From NCBI GenBank assembly GCA_046582655.1, contig JAYGDX010000317.1, forward strand, positions 1 through 27,752: DNA of 27,752 nt. The letters run 5' to 3'. Below the pieces are notes generated by a model. It saw only the letters and a list, made by a program, of their open reading frames with translations. It ran no database searches and was not told the DNA's origin. A program made the position numbers and the translations under genes. The stretch is from Candidatus Poribacteria bacterium (GTDB lineage Bacteria > Poribacteria > WGA-4E > UBA9662). Each line of letters starts with the position of its first letter. Position 1 is the first letter of the stretch. This document shows, one piece after another, positions 1 to 8,248 of this stretch.

Positions 1-27
1 TGATGAATAGAGTATACTCATCCGCTA

Positions 28-726
28 GGGCCTGTTAACATTCACGCCAAGCAGATGATGGTACACACCAAGTTGAGCCTAGACATGAAGTTGCGATCAA
101 GCTTTTCATAGCGCCTGGCAATACGGCGAAACTGTTTAATTCTATTGCAGAAACGCTCCACCAGGTTGCGGCTTTGTACCAGTGGTGATCCTATTCTGGT
201 TGTTGGTTGCGATTACGGCTCGCTGGTATGACCACCATGGCTCTCATGCCTTGGATCATTGGCATCACATTGGCATCAACCGCTGAATGAATCTTGGTGG
301 TCAATCCACCACGCCAGCGACCGATGGCCTGAGGCCCTTCTTTTTTTGCACCTGCACCATGCTGATGAACTCGAAGGATTCTGCTATTCAGAAGAAGTTC
401 TTCCAGATCAATATCATCGGAGACCTGTTCCAGCAAACGTTTCCAAACCCCTTTTTTGCCCCAGCGGGAGTACCGCCTGTACACACTGTGCCAGTTGCCA
501 AAGGCAGGAAGCAGGTCGCGCCAAGGTGACCCAGTCCGTGCAATCCACAGCACAGCTTCAATCAACAATCGCTTGTCCCCGCCGGTCTTGCCAGAGTCAC
601 CCTCCTTGCCTGGCAGAAGATCCTTGATGCCTTCCCACTGGTCGTTTGGCAATAGTTTTCTGTTCATATGGTCTTTCCTCCAATGGCCATAGAAGACACT
701 AACGATGAATGAATGTTAACAGACCC
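28..726 (-). mobile_element. Degenerate IS5-family (IS427-like) insertion sequence
   Basis: 17-bp terminal inverted repeats GGGCCTGTTAACATTCA (28-44) and TGAATGTTAACAGACCC (710-726), 16/17 match. Flanked by TA at 26-27 and 727-728 (TA target duplication). Encloses a transposase remnant. Confidence 0.92.
42..667 (-). pseudogene. IS5-family transposase pseudogene
   Basis: N-terminal W..I..LLP...EAVLWIARTGSPWRDL..FGNWHSVYRRYSRW, then H.HGAGAKK and GGLTTKIH. Lesions: first DDE Asp appears as Asn (LLNS), the segment with the ADKGYD-type motif is missing after AVDA, in-frame TAG at 191-193, and a 1-nt frameshift near 170 before RNLVERFCNRIKQFRRIARRYEK, ending TGA at 42-44. Confidence 0.9.
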
Positions 727-815
727 TAAGCACTATTATACTTCTCTATTGATTTAATTTATTTGCTCGTACTAATTTTTGTTTGTTTCCTGCCTGAAAA
801 ACAGCCGTTGCGTTG

Positions 816-844
816 TTGACTTCTGCAAATAAGTTGGATATATT
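816..844 (+). promoter_or_regulatory. sigma70-type promoter upstream of the ECF sigma gene
   Basis: TTGACT (816-821), 17-bp spacer, TATATT (839-844). Confidence 0.65.
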
Positions 845-877
845 GACCGTAGTCAAAACCTAAGTTAGAGAAAAAGC

Positions 878-904
878 GAACTTTTTCCAAATCTGTTTGT
901 CTAT
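878..904 (+). promoter_or_regulatory. sigmaE-type (ECF) autoregulatory promoter
   Basis: GAACTT (878-883), 16 bp, TCTAT (900-904); matches the RpoE/AlgU GAACTT-N16-TCT(R)A pattern directly upstream of an ECF sigma gene. Confidence 0.75.
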
Positions 905-913
905 AAAGTCAAC

Positions 914-1528
914 GTGCAAACATACAATATTTTTTCCATTACCGCATTTATTTCTAAAAAGACCGCACCAATTATCGATCAACACGAAATCGATCTGATC
1001 AAGCGTTGTCAGAATAGGGATATGCAGGCAATGGAAGAAATTGTTAGGCAATACGAGAATCAGGTCTATAACATTGCTTATGGCATACTTGGTAGTTTTG
1101 ACGATGCGCAAGATATCACGCAAGATGTCTTTGTATCTGTCTGGGAGAAAATTGGTCAATTCAAGTTTAGATCTAAGTTTTCGACCTGGCTATATCGAAT
1201 AGCTAAAAATCTGTCACTTAATGAGAAGTCCCGCCGAATAAGGCAAAAAACGGATGCAGTGGAAATTGATGATTCCCAAAAATGGGTGTTGGTGGATCAT
1301 CAAACTCCAGAGGATGTGATACTTGCATCTGAGCAACAACAGATTTTACATAAGGCACTTGAACAACTTAAAGAATCATATCGTACCATTTTGGTGCTTC
1401 GCGAAATGGAAGAGCTTTCCTATGAAGATCTCTCTAGGGTTTTGGGATGTTCTATCGGTCGTGTCAAATCTCGTCTATATGAGGCGAGAATGCAGTTGAG
1501 AAAAATTTTAAAGCGAGAAAACCAATGA
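914..1528 (+). CDS. ECF RNA polymerase sigma factor (RpoE/SigW-like)
   Basis: Region 2 DAQDITQDVFVSVW...FSTWLYRIAKN; region 4 LREMEELSYEDLSRVLGCSIGRVKSRLYEAR. The GTG start at 914 is uncertain. Confidence 0.95.
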   Translation: MQTYNIFSITAFISKKTAPIIDQHEIDLIKRCQNRDMQAMEEIVRQYENQVYNIAYGILGSFDDAQDITQDVFVSVWEKIGQFKFRSKFSTWLYRIAKNLSLNEKSRRIRQKTDAVEIDDSQKWVLVDHQTPEDVILASEQQQILHKALEQLKESYRTILVLREMEELSYEDLSRVLGCSIGRVKSRLYEARMQLRKILKRENQ

Positions 1529-2040
1529 ACAGAAAAAAGATGCAACGACAACTTTCTGCATACTTGGATCACGAGTTAAATGAAGCGGAAAAACTAACTG
1601 TTGAAAGACACCTTAGTAAGTGTCAGGAATCAGCCGAAACTTTTGAGAATCTTCAGCAAAACAGCCAATTGATGTCTGGGCTCCGCCAACCAACACCACC
1701 TGGTGTTTGGGAAGGAGTTCAATCTCGTATCGAAGAGGAAAAGAAAGGAAGTCGGAAATCTCGTTTTACTGTACCTGTAAGAGGATGGTTTCTACATCCT
1801 ATACCTGTTGTCTCTATTGTTGTCTTGATTGCTGTATTCGCCTTCTCTCTCTTTACTTTTGATGTTGATCAGAATTCGTTGGAAGATCCGCTTGATTTTT
1901 ACCTAATTGCTCACAGCGAACAGACGACGGGTTTCTGGTTGATGGCGGATGATTTTTCCTCACAAGAATCATCGATTAGCACCGACTTTACCGTATCAGA
2001 TGAATCTCAAGCCTATCTGGAGACATACTTTGGGTATTAA
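1525..2040 (+). CDS. Transmembrane anti-sigma factor with degenerate zf-HC2/ZAS domain
   Basis: ATGA overlap with the sigma gene; LSAYLDHEL...VERHLSKCQES; one TM helix (IPVVSIVVLIAVFAFSLF); periplasmic YLIAH motif. Confidence 0.88.
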   Translation: MNRKKMQRQLSAYLDHELNEAEKLTVERHLSKCQESAETFENLQQNSQLMSGLRQPTPPGVWEGVQSRIEEEKKGSRKSRFTVPVRGWFLHPIPVVSIVVLIAVFAFSLFTFDVDQNSLEDPLDFYLIAHSEQTTGFWLMADDFSSQESSISTDFTVSDESQAYLETYFGY

Positions 2041-2080
2041 GGGGGAAACTGACGATTGGATCCATTCGAAGGATAAAAAG

Positions 2081-3319
2081 ATGCCAAAAACCACTAAAAA
2101 TTATAATTACCGCAAGATTTTAGAAGTTGCGCTTATATTATGTGTGTGCAATTTTGCCAATGCTGGCGACCAGAAGATGCTGAAGCAACTCCTAGACAAT
2201 CATGCGAAGGCAAGTTATGTCGTTAGACAAGTTTTGATTGGTTGGGATACTATCTTGGGGAATTCGTACCTCGTCCGTGAAGAGGTAATTGTTCAAAAAC
2301 CACCATCCGAATCCCGAAGGCGACTTATTCTATATCCTCTTATGAGTAGAGGAGATCCCATTAACCGTTATGAACAAAGTTTAACCGCCGAACAGCAAAC
2401 GTCAATTCGAAACAAAGTCATTGAAATGTTAGAATCCGGAGTATCAAGTTGGGAGATAGAAAGTTATGTCAATAGCTCGCTTGAGAAGTATGGCATTGAC
2501 CGTTCCACGGAGCGGCGACGATTTGTACGAGATAATTTGCCACGACCAAAGCGGATTTCTAGATTACTGAAAGAAAACATAGATATCTTGGGTAGGAATT
2601 ACGAGATTCAGAAAGGTGACAGTGCTGATAAAATCGCTGGATACGAAACCGTCCTCTTTTCGATTGAACCTAATTTTGAAGATCGGCCCACGTTACGGGT
2701 ATGGCTAGAAAAGGAAAATGGGATACCACTTCGGTTCGAGCGCATTAATAAATATGGCCAGATGCAATACTTACTGGTTTCCACTCAAATCAGCTTTGAT
2801 TTGAATGAGGTAGATCGAACCTTGGAAAAACTCGCCAAAGATGAGACGTCTAACGTTCTCAAAGGTAAGGCTAGACAGACTCTTTCACTTCCTGAGGCAG
2901 AAAAGGCCTTTGGTCAAAAACTAATCTTACCAAACTATCTTCCTGCAGGTTTTGAATTACACCAAATTGAACCTATTAAATTCCCTCAAACCACTACCAC
3001 TACTTTGCACTTCCGCTATACTGATGGCTTTCTGACGTTTTCCCTTTTTGAGGCCACAGGTCAAAAATCCGGAATTTTTTCCCGATTCAGACCACGAAGG
3101 AGTAAGAGATCACGAAGAAATAATAATGGTAGAGGCAATGATCGTGGAAGTAATCGTAAAGAGGGAAAAATCGAGATTGGTGAAAAATCAATTCGTGTGA
3201 TGAGACTTCGTCATGCGCAGGTTTATAGTTGGATTGAAAATGATGTGAATTTGAGGCTGATTGGAGATTTGAGCAGATCTGAAATGATCAGGATTATTGA
3301 ATCCATCAGTAGTAATTAA
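2081..3319 (+). CDS. RseB/MucB-like periplasmic sigmaE regulator
   Basis: Third gene of the ECF operon. Signal peptide from ATG 2081 (ILEVALILCVCNFANA). LolA/RseB-like segment (DKIAGYETVLFSIEP...LRVWLEKENGIPLR) and RseB C-terminal-like segment (LPNYLPAGFEL...LHFRYTDGFLTFSLFE...LIGDLSRSEM). Confidence 0.8.
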   Translation: MPKTTKNYNYRKILEVALILCVCNFANAGDQKMLKQLLDNHAKASYVVRQVLIGWDTILGNSYLVREEVIVQKPPSESRRRLILYPLMSRGDPINRYEQSLTAEQQTSIRNKVIEMLESGVSSWEIESYVNSSLEKYGIDRSTERRRFVRDNLPRPKRISRLLKENIDILGRNYEIQKGDSADKIAGYETVLFSIEPNFEDRPTLRVWLEKENGIPLRFERINKYGQMQYLLVSTQISFDLNEVDRTLEKLAKDETSNVLKGKARQTLSLPEAEKAFGQKLILPNYLPAGFELHQIEPIKFPQTTTTTLHFRYTDGFLTFSLFEATGQKSGIFSRFRPRRSKRSRRNNNGRGNDRGSNRKEGKIEIGEKSIRVMRLRHAQVYSWIENDVNLRLIGDLSRSEMIRIIESISSN

Positions 3320-3583
3320 GAATGCTGTGTATTAGCATAATCCCTTATCCTTTCCATTCCCAAGCAACAGGTTTTCAGATGTCGTTCGTTTAGGTTGCAG
3401 TCTGGTTGCTTTGCTGATAATCGATTGCCATTATTGTAATATTTTCCCCAAGTTTGTTTTGCAGCCCTAATGATTGTTCCTATTTCTGTTGTTCCTCTCT
3501 CAAGGATATCTCGCTATTTCAAGATAGGGTTTGATCGAGTACAGTTTTGTGATGGAGTCCCTTAGTTGGAGACAGCAATGTTA

Positions 3584-3743
3584 GAGCCTGTTTGAGTATT
3601 CAAAAGCCGGGTTCTACCCACCAGGTTTTCTAACTGGACTTCTCAGGTCTTGATAAAATTTGGATTAATTATACTCATATCCATTGATTTTACGGCACAA
3701 AAATGCTGGCCGATAATAAATTGAATTAATTTTCAACAGGCTC
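3584..3743. mobile_element. Putative MITE / internally deleted IS remnant (~160 bp)
   Basis: Inverted repeats AGAGCCTGTT (3583-3592) and AACAGGCTCT (3735-3744), extending imperfectly inward. No internal ORF; ends resemble those of the IS at 28-726. Confidence 0.6.
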
Positions 3744-3907
3744 TGGTGTACAGAATCGCAGTTGGTAACTTGACCATCTTCAACTTTAAATTTATTAAAC
3801 GTAATCTTGTAACTCAGCAATTTGTCATTACAGGGATAATGGTATTCAAGGGTGTTTCGGCGAAAAACGCTGTTGATATGGATTATGGAGGAATCTTTTC
3901 TTGTAAC

Positions 3908-4462
3908 TTATTCAAGAATTCTGAACAGTAGATCAAATACGGGCCGCTCGTCGACGCGATGCCTGTGTTGTTGTCGGAAGGTAGTTAATGTGCCGGCTTT
4001 ACTTTGCAGTTCCAACATAGTCTTAATTTCGGTACTCGGAATTAAGTCGTCTAAGGCGAAAACCTCATAAAAATCTTGGCGTTGCTCAGGTTCAAGTACT
4101 AAGGGAAGGTTGTGTCGAATTAGACTTAAGAAGATGTTGGCTTGTGGGGTATCGTAAAACTCAGCATCACGCCATTTCCGTCCAATTTTCACGCAAAAGT
4201 TGCATTCTGAAATGGAAACAGCAACTTGATCGCTGTCGTTGTAGACACGGAACGAAACAAGAAATAATAGAAACCCACCTCGAGTAATGAAGCAATTTGT
4301 TTCCTCTTCAAGGCGCTCAATTCGAATGTGAGATCGACTGCCGTGCCTTAGTTTAGACGCACTATTACCGGCAGAACCGAACCAGACATCATAGATCCAC
4401 TTTGAGATCGAGAGGACTACAGCAATTATGCTGAAAATGAGAGCGAGTGTTGCACGATCCAA
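3908..4462 (-). CDS. Hypothetical protein, N-terminal membrane anchor, beta-rich soluble domain
   Basis: 184-aa ORF, hydrophobic LALIFSIIAVVLSI, 17 bp downstream of the DUF1854 gene on the same strand. Confidence 0.75.
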   Translation of the reverse strand: MDRATLALIFSIIAVVLSISKWIYDVWFGSAGNSASKLRHGSRSHIRIERLEEETNCFITRGGFLLFLVSFRVYNDSDQVAVSISECNFCVKIGRKWRDAEFYDTPQANIFLSLIRHNLPLVLEPEQRQDFYEVFALDDLIPSTEIKTMLELQSKAGTLTTFRQQHRHRVDERPVFDLLFRILE

Positions 4463-4479
4463 GATAAGAACAAGATTCT

Positions 4480-4989
4480 TTAGAGGTACAGTTCGAGGAG
4501 AGCATGACTTTTTGGGTCAAGCTCGTTGTAGTTAACAATCTCGTAGCGATTTCCATCAACGTCTTTGATCAACACCCGACCTCCACCCATTGGAGCCACG
4601 TCCATGCGAGACCCTAAATTAATCTGATTAGGACCAAAATTGGTATCAACCTGCCATTGTGTTACGCCAAATCTCCCATCGATAGAATTGATTCGCACAA
4701 TCCTCGGCATATAATACGCTTTTTCAAGTTGATCAACGACAATTTTACGACCTGACTTCTTGAGGTCTTTTATGTTTTCTATAACACCAATCTCATTCTC
4801 TTCTTTATCAATCAGACAAATGAATTGGTTGGGATCAGACAGGGGAAAAGATCTGATAATTTTAATTTGCTGGTGGACTGAGCCATCGGGTAATGTGACC
4901 TGGGGATCACCATATTGGTCTATGCATAACTCAAGATTTTTAGCGTCAAGGAACTCGATTTCATCTTCAATCCTAATAGATTCTAACAA
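4480..4989 (-). CDS. DUF1854 domain protein
   Basis: RSFPLSDPNQFICLID...EIGVI...YYMPRIVRI...WQVDTNFG...LIKDVDGNRYEI pattern; GGAG upstream. Confidence 0.85.
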   Translation of the reverse strand: MLESIRIEDEIEFLDAKNLELCIDQYGDPQVTLPDGSVHQQIKIIRSFPLSDPNQFICLIDKEENEIGVIENIKDLKKSGRKIVVDQLEKAYYMPRIVRINSIDGRFGVTQWQVDTNFGPNQINLGSRMDVAPMGGGRVLIKDVDGNRYEIVNYNELDPKSHALLELYL

Positions 4990-5025
4990 AATTTTACTCC
5001 ATATACTTTCGTCTAGTCAGTTAAT

Positions 5026-5352
5026 TTAATCAACGGATTTACTATACATCTGATCTGTTTTATGATTTTTCTTGGGAATAACAGGACGTAGGAGAAACAA
5101 TAACATTTTTTTCTCTTTTTCCCAGAAAAAGCGGAACTTTCCCAAAATGGTTCCATAAGTAAGGAGGAGGATCTGATAAATTAGGAAAAAAAACAATATG
5201 TTTATAAAAACTGGCAAGTCTTCTGGTAAAAAAATCATTTTTTTTCTTACCAAAACACTTGATGTTCCTGCTAACGAAAATGCCGCCATTATAGCCAAGA
5301 ATCCCCAAATCCCAACTCCCCATTTCTGCTTCAGTTTTTCTATAATTTTCAT
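5026..5352 (-). CDS. Small membrane protein, DUF6787-like
   Basis: KLKQKWGV...FSLAGTS...YQILLL.YG.ILGKFRFFWEKEKKM; two hydrophobic segments. Confidence 0.75.
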   Translation of the reverse strand: MKIIEKLKQKWGVGIWGFLAIMAAFSLAGTSSVLVRKKMIFLPEDLPVFINILFFFLIYQILLLTYGTILGKFRFFWEKEKKMLLFLLRPVIPKKNHKTDQMYSKSVD

Positions 5353-5369
5353 TCTTTAGCCAACTTAAA

Positions 5370-6476
5370 TTAATTTCGGTTTCGAGCCGCTACTTTCCAT
5401 GTATCAATCAGGTGGCCATCGGCGTCGATGACATAATAAAATTCGTGTAAAGCGACTGTTGGACATACATGCGTCGGCATGACAAAAATTTCCTCTCCAA
5501 TATCAATGTTATTATTTTTGTCATCAATTTTTATTGTCCAATGTTCCTCGTTGTGGATGCTAACTTCTACCCGTTCAACATCCATTATTTTTCCACGGTC
5601 ATCTTTTGGATCTGCCGCGATTGCTTTATGTCCCAAATCTAATGTGAATGTCCCTGACGTGGGTATGCTAATCACACGACTCAGCAGAAGCGCCGCTGGA
5701 ATGAAACCGAGATCGGGATATTTTTGCGAGTAGCCATAGTCGTTAAAGATAAATGTTCCGGGGGACGTTTCGACATCTGGGATCTTTGCATATATAGGAA
5801 ATGTTGGTGTGCCGCCAAGCACGACTATTGGTACATCAAGACCTCTCTCAGCGAGCATCTCTTTAAAATCGGAGACTAGACCTAACGTCACTTGGCACGA
5901 TTTCTCCCGATCCATGGGGTTTGAGTCATGGATGTGTCCATCGTAGACATGAAGTCCCCAAGCGTGAAGGCCTTTGGACTGATCGATTTTCGCATAAAGT
6001 TCAACAGCCGCATTGCCAACTTCGATACCTGTCCGATGCATGCCAACATTGAGATCAATCATGACCTTTAGTTGTAGGGAATTTTGATCTATTGCCGATG
6101 ATAGTTGATCAACAACTGTGGGATGGTCAACTATCACTTTAAAGTTAGCCTCAGGAAAATTCTGCATGAGTTTTACTAGGCGTTCTATATTGGGTTCTAT
6201 GATCTGATAGGCTATAACGATGTCGGATACCCCTACTTCAGCTAACATCCTTGCTTCACGAAGAGTGGCGCACTTGTGTTTGGCGATGCCTGCGTCAAGT
6301 TGCAATTGTATAATTTCGGCTGTTTTATGCGTTTTTGTATGGGGGCGCAACTTTGAGACATCTCCGCTAACTATTTCGATCGCACGATCTATGTTCTTTT
6401 TAACTAAGTCTAAGAAGACAACCAAAGATGGACTGGGGATTTCATCTTTGTCTCGAATAAAATATGTCTGATCCAA
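5370..6476 (-). CDS. Fold-type III PLP enzyme, D-threonine aldolase / D-serine dehydratase family
   Basis: LRPHTKTHK PLP-lysine motif, HRTG, HVYDGH, GGTPTF, HNEEH, and PTHVCPTV metal-binding motif. Start placed at TTG 6476 after GGAGAG; the ORF is open to 6542. Confidence 0.92.
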   Translation of the reverse strand: MDQTYFIRDKDEIPSPSLVVFLDLVKKNIDRAIEIVSGDVSKLRPHTKTHKTAEIIQLQLDAGIAKHKCATLREARMLAEVGVSDIVIAYQIIEPNIERLVKLMQNFPEANFKVIVDHPTVVDQLSSAIDQNSLQLKVMIDLNVGMHRTGIEVGNAAVELYAKIDQSKGLHAWGLHVYDGHIHDSNPMDREKSCQVTLGLVSDFKEMLAERGLDVPIVVLGGTPTFPIYAKIPDVETSPGTFIFNDYGYSQKYPDLGFIPAALLLSRVISIPTSGTFTLDLGHKAIAADPKDDRGKIMDVERVEVSIHNEEHWTIKIDDKNNNIDIGEEIFVMPTHVCPTVALHEFYYVIDADGHLIDTWKVAARNRN

Positions 6477-6661
6477 GTGTCTCTCCAATTCCCGAACTGT
6501 GAGACTAATTCTAACACGACCGCCGTGTTTCGGCAAGACCAACTATTTCGGTTGCCTTTGGATAATAGCTGGGGTAAAATTTGATTGTAGGCTGTCTTAA
6601 CCATGAATTTATGTGGATGTGCTTTTGCGGATTTAACGGTCTCGCCTTTAGTATTCAAGAT

Positions 6662-8227
6662 ATGTTATATCGCCAACGTCTCCAGACCTCACTTATCATT
6701 TCGGCGATTTGCCACCTTATTTTGGGATTGATCGTTGTCAAATTTCAGGTTACTCAACCTATAGAATTGTTTGCAAACCGGATCAACGTTGATATATTTC
6801 ACTTCCAGCCTAAAAGGAGCGAACCGCCCAAAACAGTTAGATCTCTTCCATTACCACTTGTTCCTCAAGCCAAACGGGCCGAAAAGAAACCTGAAGTTTC
6901 CAATCCTCCAATCTCGCCCAGCTTAGATTGGACAAAGGTAAATCAGATTGAGGAAAGTCAGCGGCTCACTGCTTATGTGGCGCAAAATGAAAGCCGATCT
7001 TCTGCTATCAATAAACGGATATTGCACGGTGGGATGTCTCATGTTGATCTAGTCAAATCTTCTCATAAAGAGGCGCCTAAATTGCGCACTGGTGTTCGTT
7101 TGACCAAGATCTCTTCAAATAATAAAAATACAGCACTCAGGACTGTAACCCCTTCTCGAATCCCTTTAGAGACAGAAGGAAGACTTGCTGAGACTTCACC
7201 CAACTTAGAACCGGGGCGATTGCGAACAAATCGTCAGCGTGGTCAAGTTTTGCGCTTCGCGTCGATAGGTAACAATTCAGGTAATATACAGACAACGTCG
7301 CCTTCATCCAATTATCCCAAGATGATGTCGGATCTTGCTCGCCATCAATTACTAACTTTGTCAGGATCTAAAGTTGATATCGTCTTTGTAATTGACAAAA
7401 CCGGTAGCATGGTAGATAACGTGCGCGGTGTACGGGCATACATCGATCACTTTTTCGATGTATACGACCGTGAGGGGCATGATATTGCTGTTGGCCTAGT
7501 CACGTTTGCTGATCTTGAGAATCACAAAATTAAATGGAGTGGTGTTACGAATGATCGTCGCAAGTTTAAAAAGTGGCTCCATAAGATCGATTTTGAAGGT
7601 GGGGGTGACTTGACAGAGTCTGGGCTGGATGCGCTGATGGAAGCAATTCATAAAATCAAATATCGGGAACTAACACAGCGGATATTTGTAATGGTTAGTG
7701 ATGGCGTCTTCCATGATGCCGACTACGATGGCCGTTCTGATTACAGCCAAGATCAGGTGATTGAAACCCTGCAGAATTACGGTATTCGCGTTGATGTGAT
7801 TGGTGTGGATTACTTACCTATCAAGCAGATCGCCAACGCGACTGGTGGTAGCTGGCAAATTATTCCTGGCAAAGGGTATTTGGAACGACAACTTCCATTT
7901 CTAACAGAGAAAATGCTATCTGAATTTGGAACTGTTATACCAAATGCCCAGTCCTATGGAGATGAGTTAATTGTTTGGATCAGCCGAACACCTCGCCCTA
8001 AATCGGTAAAGATCAGCTGGAAGGTGCTCAATCCGATCGGAGAAAGATGTCATGGTATGTTCACCAAACAGGTGCCGATACCTGATGATAGTTCAGAGTT
8101 CATCAAGTTTGCACCACGTATTGATCCGCAGAGCTTTAAGACGGAGTCTGGGATCTATACCGTAATTTATCGTCTCGAGAACGATTTGGGACACCGCAGT
8201 ATTTTGCGGCGAAACATCGAGTTGTAG
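6662..8227 (+). CDS. Membrane-anchored VWA-domain protein with TonB-like N-terminal anchor
   Basis: TM SLIISAICHLILGLIVV; Pro/Ser-rich low-complexity linker; VWA with DIVFVIDKTGSM (MIDAS), GGGDLTESGLDAL and VMVSDG; beta-rich C-terminal domain. ATG 6662 preferred over 6581. Confidence 0.88.
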   Translation: MLYRQRLQTSLIISAICHLILGLIVVKFQVTQPIELFANRINVDIFHFQPKRSEPPKTVRSLPLPLVPQAKRAEKKPEVSNPPISPSLDWTKVNQIEESQRLTAYVAQNESRSSAINKRILHGGMSHVDLVKSSHKEAPKLRTGVRLTKISSNNKNTALRTVTPSRIPLETEGRLAETSPNLEPGRLRTNRQRGQVLRFASIGNNSGNIQTTSPSSNYPKMMSDLARHQLLTLSGSKVDIVFVIDKTGSMVDNVRGVRAYIDHFFDVYDREGHDIAVGLVTFADLENHKIKWSGVTNDRRKFKKWLHKIDFEGGGDLTESGLDALMEAIHKIKYRELTQRIFVMVSDGVFHDADYDGRSDYSQDQVIETLQNYGIRVDVIGVDYLPIKQIANATGGSWQIIPGKGYLERQLPFLTEKMLSEFGTVIPNAQSYGDELIVWISRTPRPKSVKISWKVLNPIGERCHGMFTKQVPIPDDSSEFIKFAPRIDPQSFKTESGIYTVIYRLENDLGHRSILRRNIEL

Positions 8228-8248
8228 GCTTAAGTATAGAAAAATCTA

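Noticed and set aside
259..692. Plus-strand ORFs 259-627, 287-529 and 456-692
   Set aside because: Antisense shadows of the transposase pseudogene with no recognisable motifs.
1949..2080. N-terminal extension of the RseB-like ORF
   Set aside because: Overlaps the anti-sigma gene; the signal peptide only makes sense from ATG 2081.
3320..3580. Possible ncRNA, terminator or gene remnant downstream of the RseB-like gene
   Set aside because: Only a weak ATGCT/AGCAT stem; no recognisable RNA family or sustained reading frame by eye.
3746..4070. Short plus-strand ORFs 3746-3931 and 3852-4070
   Set aside because: No RBS or motifs; partly antisense to the 184-aa gene.
5100..5250. Several A/T homopolymers (7-8 nt) as phase-variation tracts
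   Set aside because: Explained by Phe/Lys-rich codons; the frame is intact.
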